Below, in pieces: positions 1 to 8,231 of a stretch of DNA of 64,000 nt. The translations under genes and the position numbers were made by a program. Every line of letters starts with the position of its first letter. The first letter of the stretch is position 1. The stretch is taken from IMG/VR virus record IMGVR_UViG_3300007513_000003; one strand, given 5' to 3'. The DNA is from a virus. Taxonomy: Duplodnaviria; Caudoviricetes. The notes below the pieces were generated by a model, which worked only from the letters and a program-made list of their open reading frames with translations, was not told the origin of the DNA and searched no databases.

Positions 1-135
1 GTCGGCTTCTTCGCCTTCGTCGTCGCCAACTTCAGCCATTAACTTGTCGAATTCTGCTTGAAGTTCGTCAAATGCAGCTTCTAGATCACTAATTCTTTCA
101 TCGGCTTCTTCGTCGGCTTCTTCGCCTTCGTCGTC
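1..135. repeat. Identical 24-nt direct repeat at 1-24 and 112-135, encoding DDEGEEAD twice
   Basis: gtcggcttcttcgccttcgtcgtc is present at both positions. Confidence 0.9.
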
Positions 136-429
136 ACCTTCTTCTTCTTCGGCATCCATAGCATCTTCAAGTTCTTCACTTGCATCCTCTAGGGACATAC
201 CTTCTTCGTCGCCTTCAATATCATTAACAAAATCTTCAACCTCTTCATCTGAGATTGCTTCTTCAACTTCTTCAATCTCTTCTTCGATTGCATCAAGATC
301 TTGTTCGTCAATCAAGCCTTCATAAATGTCACGTGACTTTTCAACAACAATTTCATGGAAAAGTTCACGAGCTTTATCTTGCTCTTCATTGATAATATAG
401 TCAAGCAACTGATTAAATTTATCACTCAT
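1..429 (-). CDS. Highly acidic prohead core/scaffolding-like protein; 5' part only, runs off the window edge
   Basis: Missing from the ORF track because it is truncated. ATG at 429 follows AAGGAG. 143 open codons read MSDKFNQLLDYIINEEQDKARELFHEIVVEKSRDIYEGL, then a D/E-rich tract. It lies downstream of the portal, in the T4 head-module position. The function is inferred. Confidence 0.7.
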   Translation of the reverse strand, partial: MSDKFNQLLDYIINEEQDKARELFHEIVVEKSRDIYEGLIDEQDLDAIEEEIEEVEEAISDEEVEDFVNDIEGDEEGMSLEDASEELEDAMDAEEEEGDDEGEEADEEADERISDLEAAFDELQAEFDKLMAEVGDDEGEEAD

Positions 430-548
430 AGCGAAATCACTCCTTTTATATAAAAAGTTACAAAATATCAAATATATTTAAGTTAAAGGGGATATAAAGG
501 CACTCAAATAGTACCAAAATGGTATGAAAACGGCAGAAAAGGGCAAAA

Positions 549-788
549 TTACATTGGGACGTCTGCGCCAGCTGGCGCCGCGCCGTATTGTAACTTATAT
601 TTCTCTGCGTCTTTAATTTTTTCTGCAGTTCTTAGTTCTGAAACCTTTCTAAGCTTATTAATTTGTTCTAGTGTTAGTCTTGTTTTACGAGTATTCTCTT
701 TTTTAACAATAGTCTGATCAGAGTCCGAATCATAGCGACCGTTATCCTCTTTTTCTTCCAATTGTCCAAAAAGTTCTAGTAAAATCAT
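549..788 (-). CDS. Small hypothetical head-module protein (79 aa)
   Basis: ORF between the portal and scaffold-like genes, preceded by the late-promoter-like CATAAATA at 794-801. Confidence 0.75.
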   Translation of the reverse strand: MILLELFGQLEEKEDNGRYDSDSDQTIVKKENTRKTRLTLEQINKLRKVSELRTAEKIKDAEKYKLQYGAAPAGADVPM

Positions 789-796
789 AATACTAT

Positions 797-2467
797 TTAT
801 GTTGTTGGTGCTGGTTCTAACTCAGGTGCTTCGCCACCTTCTATAGGTGCTTCACCCTCTATAGGCGCTTCATCACCTTCCGGAAGTTCAGGTTCCTCTG
901 CCATAGACATATCAGAGTCTAATCCACCTGGTGTAATACCAACATTACGCATATCTGAACCATATACTTGGGATGCTTGATTGTTGCCTGTTTCCTCTTC
1001 CCACTTTTCTGTGTTTTCAATTAGTTCTTGCTCTGTTAGACCTAAGTAACGTGTTAGCAAGAAGCGTTTACTCATATATGGCAATTGTTCTAACTGCGTA
1101 AATGCAGAAATCTTTGTGTTATCCAACTCTGCTTGTCTATATGATGCAAAGTTCTGCGGCTCATTAAACTTAATTTCAAAAATACTATTGTCAATATTAA
1201 CACCACGTGTCTTTAAAAATAGTTTAAATTCTGTATCAACTGTACCAGAAATAATTGTTTGTAAACGTTTGCAGTATTCGTTGAATCTAAATTCTTGAAT
1301 TAATGCTGTGCCTACTCTACCATCATTATAAGCGGCGACACCTTCATCAGGTCCGGTTGGCAAATAACTTGCCGGAATACGCAATGCACGATATAATTTA
1401 TTTGTAAAATATCTTAAATCGTCAATTTGTCCTAGATTTTCACCTCCTGGTAATGTTTCGACTTTACTGCCTCTTCCTTCGCCCGTTTGTGGAAAGAAAT
1501 AATCTTCCATAATAGATAGTGGATTATATGTTGAATCCATCATTTTGGATCCACCACCTGTTGTAGTTGGAATTCTACGTTGGTGAATTTCATTCTTAAC
1601 ACGCTCAACAAAACCCATAGCCATGTGTGATGGCATATTACCTACGTCAATGTAAAATACACGGCGTTCCGGAGCACGTTGTACGCGGTAGATAATAATA
1701 GCATCTTCTAATAATTCTTTTTGTTTATATGTTTTAAAGATATTCTCTAAAATACTATTACCAAATGGCCAGGTGCCATCCATCTCTTCTGTTAAACTAA
1801 TATGAACAATATAATTAGCATCAATAGCAACGGCTTTTTTACCATATGTGTATTTGGAAGCATTTGCCATATTCTCTTGTGTTTGTGATCCTGTTCTACT
1901 CATTAGATTAGGAATAGTTGTACCACCTGTCTCCTTTTCTGTTGTTTGTAGAGTATCAAAATTAATTGCTAAATCACGAACAATATATTGTTCAATTTCT
2001 TTACCGGCACTTTCATCAACAACAATCTTTTCAACTTTGGCACAATCAACAAAGTGCCACTTTTGTGTTTCTGGATCACGAATAAAAAGTTGGTCACCGT
2101 ATTTTAGTGTGTTGCGGAAAAGTTTAAAAATTTTACGATCAAAACTTTGTAGATTATACCAGTGTTTTAATTGTGTATTTAAAATTTCCATTTCTGTTGC
2201 TGTCGCGTCATCATGGTAATGAACTTGGAATGCAATGCCTGATTCTGTATTTTGTTGTGTACAGAATTCTGCTAAAATATCAAGTGCTGAATTTACTTCA
2301 CTGTCTTGGTCCATTGCATCGTATTGAATATAACGCTCAATACGATTAGGATGCCCAGAGTAAACTTCAGGCAATACTGAACTATAATTTTTAAAGCCAA
2401 CGTCAGGAGTTCCATTTCTCATTGGAACTACATTGTTTGGTTGTGTGAAATATTTTTTCCAAGTCAT
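797..2467 (-). CDS. gp20: Portal vertex protein, T4 gp20 family
   Basis: Motifs YRVQRAPERRVFYIDVGNMP, EDYFFP, GSKVETLPGGENLGQIDDLRYFTNKLYRALRIPASYL and E-x-RFNEYCKRLQ match T4-type portals. The C-terminal tail is acidic with EAPIEG repeats. Confidence 0.95.
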   Translation of the reverse strand: MTWKKYFTQPNNVVPMRNGTPDVGFKNYSSVLPEVYSGHPNRIERYIQYDAMDQDSEVNSALDILAEFCTQQNTESGIAFQVHYHDDATATEMEILNTQLKHWYNLQSFDRKIFKLFRNTLKYGDQLFIRDPETQKWHFVDCAKVEKIVVDESAGKEIEQYIVRDLAINFDTLQTTEKETGGTTIPNLMSRTGSQTQENMANASKYTYGKKAVAIDANYIVHISLTEEMDGTWPFGNSILENIFKTYKQKELLEDAIIIYRVQRAPERRVFYIDVGNMPSHMAMGFVERVKNEIHQRRIPTTTGGGSKMMDSTYNPLSIMEDYFFPQTGEGRGSKVETLPGGENLGQIDDLRYFTNKLYRALRIPASYLPTGPDEGVAAYNDGRVGTALIQEFRFNEYCKRLQTIISGTVDTEFKLFLKTRGVNIDNSIFEIKFNEPQNFASYRQAELDNTKISAFTQLEQLPYMSKRFLLTRYLGLTEQELIENTEKWEEETGNNQASQVYGSDMRNVGITPGGLDSDMSMAEEPELPEGDEAPIEGEAPIEGGEAPELEPAPTT

Positions 2468-2543
2468 AATTATAATCTTTGTTTTATACTACTATTTACC
2501 CTATTTTATAATATATTTGTTGTATTGTGACTAGGGAACTGCA

Positions 2544-4856
2544 CTACCCGTATGTCGTCCCATCTTGCCCTGCTTCATTTGCTAATCCGTGCGGAGATCT
2601 TGCGTTCTTGTTTCCATTATCAATATTAACATTAACCTGATTATTTTTCTGTGCTTGCAATTGTTTTTCAGTAAGATCAACGAGTTTATCCAATTGTTGA
2701 GTTTGCTTTTTCACTTCTTGTAAGTTTTCATTAGCGGTATCTGACAAGCTTTTAGATGCTTCAGTTGCCCCAGTAGCAGATTCACCTGTTTGTGCTATGC
2801 CTGCCTCGGCCAAGGCTGATATCTTTGTGGAAAGTCCTGCATGGCGCGCATCTGCACTTGATGTTGCTACTTTTGGTTTTGCTACTGGTGTACCAGGTGG
2901 TGGAGTATTTGGTTTTACTACTGCTGTAGGTTTTGCTTCCGAAGTACCACCCAGCACATCCTTCCTTATGTCGACGCGATCTCCAGTCCCGCCAAACATT
3001 TCATGCATTGTGTCATACTGTTCTTGAATTAGATCTATAGATGTTTTCATAAAACCTGTAATTTTGTCACCTAATGTACCTGCCATTCTTGGAATAGTTC
3101 TGTAAGATACAAGTCCTTCGTCTTGTAGTTTTATTATCTCAGCTGAAAGTTCTTCATCAAACCCCGTTTTTTCTTTATAGGTTTTTAATTGTCCCTGGAC
3201 CCAATTGATCAGTCCATCATCAGCGTTAAAGATAGTATCCAAAAACAATTCCCTGGCGCCAACTGCTATCTCGTCTTTCAGAACTCTGATATCAGTTGTT
3301 AGTTGGGTAGCTGCATCACCAATCGTTCCTACGAGTTTCCCGTCGACAATTTCTGCGTCAATACCCATTGCTTGATCATAAAAATGTTCAAATGCTGTCG
3401 AAAAGTTTACTGATTCTGTATCAACTATCCCGGCATGTTTGGCATATGCGTCTTGAATTGCATTAAATTTTGTAGTGGTTGCCTGTGCAGCTTCGAACAA
3501 TGCTAACCCGATCGGTTGGCCAGCCGCGGCTAAAGGAGCAAAAGTATCTCTTGTTTTTTCTATGGCGTCTTCTAATTTGCCTAGACTTGCGTTAAAAATC
3601 TCGCCGGCGCCATCACCAGCAGATAACATATCTGAGGCTAGATCGTTATACATTTGTCCCATCGGAGTAGCCATCATCATTCTAGCCTCTTTACCTTTCG
3701 GAACAACACCTGCAACTCTGGCTTTAAAGATCTCAGCGGCCGCCGGGCCGCCTGTTTCCATTGCCTTCTTGAGCCCGTCTGTCATTGCAGCCTGTTGTTC
3801 TGGGCCCATGTTCATAATAGCCGCCTGGAATTGCGCGTCAGATGCCAATTTTTGTTGTTCTTTCGCTAGCCGATCTTTACTCTTACCAGTGAGTACTTCT
3901 AACTGTGATAATTGGTATATATAATCACCGGTCATATCTGCTTGCTCTTGAGCAGATAACGAACGAGTGCTATCAGCCAGAGAAGCATTATTCAGCATGG
4001 TTGCCGATAACTCTAATGCATCTTCTACATCCATACCCATCAATTCTATTGTGCGTCTAAACGACATTCCGGATGTTGTATGACGTCGGCCAACGTCTGA
4101 AAGTACGCCACCTAAAGTAACTAATCTTTCAGCACCTAGTTGTGCTGTTCCTCCAAACATAGACAATGTTTCAGAATTTCTTTTCATTAAAGCATTAAAT
4201 TCTGTTTGTGTCAAAGTTGTTGTTGTGATGGCCTTCGCATACGTTTCTAGACTTCTACCAAAAGGTATACCTGCTGTGGTTATCTCGTTTAGTCCATCTA
4301 AATATCCGCCGTACACTTCTTCAGCAATTCCGAGCGCCGCGCCGCCGGCGCCGCCCACAACAGAACCTACCATCGCACCGGCGCTGCCGAATCTAGCTCC
4401 CGCGGCACCGCCCAACCCAGCGCCGGCGGCCATAAAAGGAACCTTGGCAAGAATCGACTTAAAGACTCCCGCGATCGCAGACATAATACCACCTTGATCG
4501 TCATCCTTATCTTTGTCATCTCCATCTGAATCTGGCTTAGTTAGTTTTCCATCTTTAACAATTTTATCTATATTGCCCATCGCAATGACCATTGCTCCGG
4601 CGCTTGCGGAAAAGGTCATGCCGGCCTTGGTTATTTCTACAGCGGCACCGCCGAGAGATTTGGTCAATCCGTTTAATGCTTCTCCAAATGCCTCTGCACT
4701 ATCACCAGCATAGGATATTTGTTTTCCAGAAACCCTCGCAACTCGCGAAATGTAATTTAACTCTGTAGACGCACGATCCGCAGAGTCAGAGACACTTCTA
4801 AATAGCGCATCTATAGATCGTTTGGTTTCTCGTAAAATTGCGTCGTCGTCTGCCAT
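2544..4856 (-). CDS. Tape-measure-like protein (770 aa)
   Basis: Long, Ala/Gly-rich and apparently helical, with a Gly-zipper hydrophobic segment (GAGLGGAAGARFGSAGAMVGSVVGGAGGAALG). It is adjacent to a tail/baseplate chaperone gene and has TATAAATA upstream (4900-4907, minus). Confidence 0.65.
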   Translation of the reverse strand: MADDDAILRETKRSIDALFRSVSDSADRASTELNYISRVARVSGKQISYAGDSAEAFGEALNGLTKSLGGAAVEITKAGMTFSASAGAMVIAMGNIDKIVKDGKLTKPDSDGDDKDKDDDQGGIMSAIAGVFKSILAKVPFMAAGAGLGGAAGARFGSAGAMVGSVVGGAGGAALGIAEEVYGGYLDGLNEITTAGIPFGRSLETYAKAITTTTLTQTEFNALMKRNSETLSMFGGTAQLGAERLVTLGGVLSDVGRRHTTSGMSFRRTIELMGMDVEDALELSATMLNNASLADSTRSLSAQEQADMTGDYIYQLSQLEVLTGKSKDRLAKEQQKLASDAQFQAAIMNMGPEQQAAMTDGLKKAMETGGPAAAEIFKARVAGVVPKGKEARMMMATPMGQMYNDLASDMLSAGDGAGEIFNASLGKLEDAIEKTRDTFAPLAAAGQPIGLALFEAAQATTTKFNAIQDAYAKHAGIVDTESVNFSTAFEHFYDQAMGIDAEIVDGKLVGTIGDAATQLTTDIRVLKDEIAVGARELFLDTIFNADDGLINWVQGQLKTYKEKTGFDEELSAEIIKLQDEGLVSYRTIPRMAGTLGDKITGFMKTSIDLIQEQYDTMHEMFGGTGDRVDIRKDVLGGTSEAKPTAVVKPNTPPPGTPVAKPKVATSSADARHAGLSTKISALAEAGIAQTGESATGATEASKSLSDTANENLQEVKKQTQQLDKLVDLTEKQLQAQKNNQVNVNIDNGNKNARSPHGLANEAGQDGTTYG

Positions 4857-4884
4857 AATAATATGCGTATATTATAAAATAAGG

Positions 4885-4907
4885 TAAATATCGCTATATT
4901 ATTTATA
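4885..4907. promoter_or_regulatory. Divergent pair of T4-type late promoters: TAAATA on + at 4885-4890 and TATAAATA on - at 4900-4907
   Basis: Both motifs sit in the 73-bp gap between two divergent structural genes. A gp55 late sigma factor is encoded in the window. Confidence 0.6.
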
Positions 4908-4929
4908 CATCAAATTTTGAGGATTTCAA

Positions 4930-5769
4930 ATGAGTAGTTTATTAGAACAATATTATCGCCAACCTGAGATTTATATCTCATTACCTAACGAAGGTAAATT
5001 TTATCCTGCAGGATCTATAGAAATTTCCGAATCCGGCGAGATTCCTGTTTTTGCTATGACAGCCAAGGATGACATTGTACTTAAAACGCCTGATGCTTTG
5101 ATATCAGGTGAAGCAATTGCACAAGTTATAAAAAGTTGTGTTCCTGCTATTAAAGATCCATGGCAAGTACCTGCTACTGATATTGATTTCATTTTAGTAG
5201 CAATTCGAATTGCGTCTTATGGTAATGACATGGAATTGAATTTTTCATGTCCTAAATGTGAAGAAAAATTTGATTATCAAATAGGTTTAGAATATTATAT
5301 TAATAAACTAGGTGATATATCCTTTGAACCTGAACAAATCTTAATTCCTTATGGCCAAGTTAAAATACATATTAAACCATTAAATTATTTGGATTTGTCG
5401 TTAATTCAAAGACGCACATTCGAAGAACAACGTGCAATTGAGGCAGTGGGTTCAATGGAGGAAAAAACAGAAGAAGAAAAGCAAGAAATGTATAATGAAA
5501 TACTAAATACAATGACCGATATAAACATCAACGCTATTTCTTCAGGTGTTAAAGCAATTGAACTTCCAGATGGCACTATGGTTGATGATCAAGAAGAAAT
5601 TATTAATTTTGTTAATAATTCTAGTGTAAGATTATTCAAAAAAATTACAGGCGCTATTCAAGAAATTAAAGACAAAACAGTATTAGACCCTATTGATGTA
5701 AAATGCCCTGAATGTTCCCATGAGTTTACTAGTCCTATAATTTTTGATTACGCAAATTTTTTCGCCTAA
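4930..5769 (+). CDS. gp26: T4 gp26-like baseplate hub / tail assembly chaperone
   Basis: N-terminal PEIYISLPNEGKFYP, FAMTAKDDIVLKTPDALISGEA and DIDFILVAIRIASYG. Two CPxC motifs (CPKC, CPEC). Ends in NFFA. Confidence 0.75.
   Translation: MSSLLEQYYRQPEIYISLPNEGKFYPAGSIEISESGEIPVFAMTAKDDIVLKTPDALISGEAIAQVIKSCVPAIKDPWQVPATDIDFILVAIRIASYGNDMELNFSCPKCEEKFDYQIGLEYYINKLGDISFEPEQILIPYGQVKIHIKPLNYLDLSLIQRRTFEEQRAIEAVGSMEEKTEEEKQEMYNEILNTMTDININAISSGVKAIELPDGTMVDDQEEIINFVNNSSVRLFKKITGAIQEIKDKTVLDPIDVKCPECSHEFTSPIIFDYANFFA
5754..5763 (+). other. Candidate -1 ribosomal frameshift site: overlapping A AAT TTT and T TTT TTC heptamers in the gp26 frame
   Basis: Both heptamers fit X XXY YYZ in the zero frame, one to two codons before the gp26 stop. 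The -1 frame is open from 5748 to 5993. Confidence 0.65.
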
Positions 5770-5993
5770 GGCTTCTATCATTAAAATACGAAGAAATATT
5801 AGAGTTAATTACTAATTACGAAAATCAGGTAGAAGCCATAAAAAAAGAAATATACAGTTTTGCATGGCATATGCGAGGTGGATTTACTATCAATGAGATG
5901 TTCAACACTTCCGCAAAGGAAAGAAAAGTACTTTCTGACATTATTGAAGAACATATGAAAACAACAAAACAATCAGGTTTACCATATTTCTAA
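5763..5993 (+). CDS. -1-frame extension of gp26 (76 codons; resembles gp51 or the T part of a G/GT chaperone)
   Basis: Reads RLRLLSLKYEEILELITNYENQVEAIKKEIYSFAWHMRGGFTINEMFNTSAKERKVLSDIIEEHMKTTKQSGLPYF*. There is no ATG/GTG/TTG until 5871, and that ATG has no evident SD. Not in the ORF track. Confidence 0.65.
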   Translation, partial: RLRLLSLKYEEILELITNYENQVEAIKKEIYSFAWHMRGGFTINEMFNTSAKERKVLSDIIEEHMKTTKQSGLPYF

Positions 5994-6109
5994 TGGAACA
6001 AGAGAACGAAAAAAAGCAGAATGAAGGCTTAGGATTACTTGGGGCAATATTCAGTCTATTCATCGGCTACAAAGCAGGCAAGAAAGCTGGTAAATGGCCC
6101 TGCATTTAA
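5993..6109 (+). CDS. Micro membrane protein (38 aa)
   Basis: MEQENEKKQNEGLGLLGAIFSLFIGYKAGKKAGKWPCI*. The ATG overlaps the upstream TAA (TAATG). One hydrophobic segment followed by a basic tail. Confidence 0.55.
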   Translation: MEQENEKKQNEGLGLLGAIFSLFIGYKAGKKAGKWPCI

Positions 6110-6131
6110 ATAATTTAACGTAAGTATTAAT

Positions 6132-6152
6132 ATACCAGGCGTCGCCTGGTGT
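6132..6152. terminator. GC-rich hairpin between convergent genes; probable terminator
   Basis: ACCAGGC-GTC-GCCTGGT forms a 7-bp stem, extendable to 9 bp. No clear U tract. Confidence 0.4.
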
Positions 6153-6163
6153 CGGATTAAAAA

Positions 6164-6277
6164 CTAAATGACTTTTATATGCATTTTAGTTTTTTTGCCT
6201 ACGTTGTAACCTATTCCAAATGATATTGCTATCACTGTACAAATGGCTAGTATATGCCAGATTAAAAATGAGCTCAT
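6164..6277 (-). CDS. Micro membrane protein (37 aa)
   Basis: MSSFLIWHILAICTVIAISFGIGYNVGKKTKMHIKVI*, with a strong SD (AAGGAG) upstream. Confidence 0.7.
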   Translation of the reverse strand: MSSFLIWHILAICTVIAISFGIGYNVGKKTKMHIKVI

Positions 6278-6309
6278 TTTATTCTCCTTGTGAATTATTT
6301 CTTGCTTGG

Positions 6310-6879
6310 TTACTCGACATATTTTTTAAATTCTTCTGGAACTTCATCAAATCGCCAAAGTGTAACCCATTCTAAATATTCTTTAGGCCAATTTTTATAA
6401 TAGTTTGTATTTTTTGCCAATTGCACTGATGCGTTATTTAATACATCTAATCGTGCCATTAACACTAATGCAGATTTGCCAAAATTAAACATTAAATCAC
6501 CAATTTGTTCTATATGTCCCGGATGGTCATCAAGTATCGCTAAATTTAATGGATTTGCATATTCATTAATTTTTTCTGAAATGTCTTGATATTCTTCAAC
6601 CGTATACCTGTCAGTGGGTGTTATAACCGCTAATACTTCAACATTACCACGGTCATCACGATCTGTCCAGTTGTCAACATATTCTTTTAATTTTTCTAAA
6701 AGATTGTCATTGACTACTTTTATTCGTACTGTGTCATTTTCCAATGCAGGGGGTGCATATGGACATACTGGTAAGTTATCTAACTCGGGAAATTCTTTGA
6801 CAATAAAAGTTCTAATCCAATGTTTTAGTTCTTCTATTTTTTCTACGGCTTCTGCCGGGGTCCAATCGGTTTCGTTCAT
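6310..6879 (-). CDS. Hypothetical protein, DUF1415-like
   Basis: Good SD (AGGAGG). The segment WIRTFIV...LPVCPYAPPAL and a D-D-H-P segment recall DUF1415. The family call is tentative. Confidence 0.7.
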   Translation of the reverse strand: MNETDWTPAEAVEKIEELKHWIRTFIVKEFPELDNLPVCPYAPPALENDTVRIKVVNDNLLEKLKEYVDNWTDRDDRGNVEVLAVITPTDRYTVEEYQDISEKINEYANPLNLAILDDHPGHIEQIGDLMFNFGKSALVLMARLDVLNNASVQLAKNTNYYKNWPKEYLEWVTLWRFDEVPEEFKKYVE

Positions 6880-6953
6880 AATAATCCTCCTTTCATTTGT
6901 TAAACGAAATTTGGACTTTCTTTTGAAATAACCTGCCGTCCGAAAAGGTTATA

Positions 6954-6995
6954 TAAAACTATTTATATCATTATAAATAGTTTTAACTATTTATG
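6954..6995. promoter_or_regulatory. Late-promoter hub: 14-bp perfect inverted repeat carrying back-to-back TATAAATA boxes, plus a third box
   Basis: taaaactatttata-tcat-tataaatagtttta at 6954-6985. TATAAATA on - at 6960-6967 and on + at 6972-6979; CATAAATA on - at 6988-6995. Confidence 0.7.
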
Positions 6996-7073
6996 AGGCA
7001 GATATAAAACTATGAACCCATTTTATACACTTATTCCGAGTAATAAAATTGCGCTCTCTGACAAGCATTCGCA

Positions 7074-7145
7074 GATTACTTAGAGTGGGTTACGCTTTGG
7101 CGTTTTAAGGAAGTTCCTGAGGATCTAAAGAAGTTAACGCCTTAA
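7074..7145 (+). pseudogene. Start-less inverted remnant homologous to the last 24 codons of the 6310-6879 gene
   Basis: DYLEWVTLWRFKEVPEDLKKLTP* versus EYLEWVTLWRFDEVPEEFKKYVE*. 46 of 60 nt are identical over the first 20 codons, and the stop codon is at the same position. An in-frame TGA lies at 7059. Confidence 0.75.
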
Positions 7146-7791
7146 AACTTCTTATTTTACTGTCGCGTTTACATAACTTAATATACATTTCAACATCGTC
7201 GCTCCATTCCATACCAGTCCACCATTCGAATCCAGGAAATTGGGATTTGTAAATACTGCTCTGTTCATATCCCGGGCCAGTGTATAGATACTTGTATCCG
7301 TTATGTTTTGCCCACCATATTTCATGCTCTAAACTAATAGTACCTAAATGTAAATCAGGATTATGGTAATTCCAAATAAAGAAATGTGTTTCTACATCAT
7401 TACTGTAATTGAGTAACTTTGTAATAGCAACTATTTTTCCGTTATCTTTATAAAGAATATATTTGAATCGATCACAGTCCTCGTCTATAGAATATAAATC
7501 TTTATAATTATTTCTTTGCAGATATGCGTTTAGAATTTTTTTAATTACTTTCGGTTTTTTATCGACAATTTTCCATTCTAAATCTATCGAATTATAATTG
7601 GTTTTTTCTAGACAGATTCGAGTATTACGTGACATGAACCAATGCTCTTTTCCATTTTCAATATAAAGAGAAAATCCGTCTTGTAACGCCTGACTCTCCT
7701 CCCATAGCTCGACATTATCAAGGAATATATTGTTTATTATTACATCACGAGTTTCTTGTTTACCGAAGTAAGTTGATATTTTTATTTGCAT
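7105..7791 (-). CDS. Aminoacyl-tRNA--protein transferase-like (ATE1/Bpt C-terminal domain)
   Basis: WNYHNPDLHLGTISLEHEIWWAKHNGYKYLYTGPGYEQSSIYKSQF matches the ATE/Bpt pattern Y-D-P-x4-S-L-G-x5-E-I-x2-A-x3-G-x2-Y-x-Y-L-G-x8-YK. ATG 7791 is preferred over the track's GTG 7812. Confidence 0.65.
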   Translation of the reverse strand: MQIKISTYFGKQETRDVIINNIFLDNVELWEESQALQDGFSLYIENGKEHWFMSRNTRICLEKTNYNSIDLEWKIVDKKPKVIKKILNAYLQRNNYKDLYSIDEDCDRFKYILYKDNGKIVAITKLLNYSNDVETHFFIWNYHNPDLHLGTISLEHEIWWAKHNGYKYLYTGPGYEQSSIYKSQFPGFEWWTGMEWSDDVEMYIKLCKRDSKIRSFKALTSLDPQELP

Positions 7792-7812
7792 TATGAGATG
7801 AACTACGTTCAT

Positions 7813-8231
7813 CTAGTTCTTCGCTTTCGCTCGAACTAGGTATAATTTGAAAAGTCTTTTTTATATTTAACATTGTTATTTTTATTTAATTTTTTCCTGA
7901 AGTTTTGCTCACACTCCACCCGACTGGGTGAAGTGTGGATTTGACTTTTTCCTTCGGTCTTGTCCTATAAACTGTTGTGGATTATCTAACGACGTGGAAG
8001 CGGTTGTCCTGTACTCCCTACCACAGTCTCCTGGCTATCACGCCAACAAACGGTATCTACTAAATGCTACAGTTTCAACAAATAATAGACGCGAGGTTCT
8101 TACCCTCGTCTTTTTAGCCCATGCTATAGTGGTTTGTATCATCTCCGGAATCTCAATGTGCCTTTGCTACACCGTCAAGGAGAGCGGGTCTTAGCCGCAT
8201 TGTGGATATTATGTGTGCCTGTGTGTTGCCT
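7813..8231 (-). ncRNA. Candidate structured non-coding RNA, family not recognised
   Basis: 7901-8230 is about 47% GC by hand count (154/330), far above other intergenic gaps here. It carries several hairpins: a 12-bp stem at 7910-7937, a stem at 8088-8110, a stem at 8184-8198 and a GAAA-loop hairpin at 7813-7839. The strand is inferred from the flanking genes. Confidence 0.45.

Noticed and set aside
6310-7145. Diversity-generating retroelement TR/VR pair
   Set aside because: The mismatches are not confined to adenines of one copy and are mostly synonymous. No reverse transcriptase is present in the window.
7813-8231. Group I/II intron, RNase P, tmRNA, SRP RNA or tRNA identity for the structured region
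   Set aside because: The expected conserved cores (P7 pairing, domain V, CR-I/CR-V, T-loop/CCA) were not found by eye.
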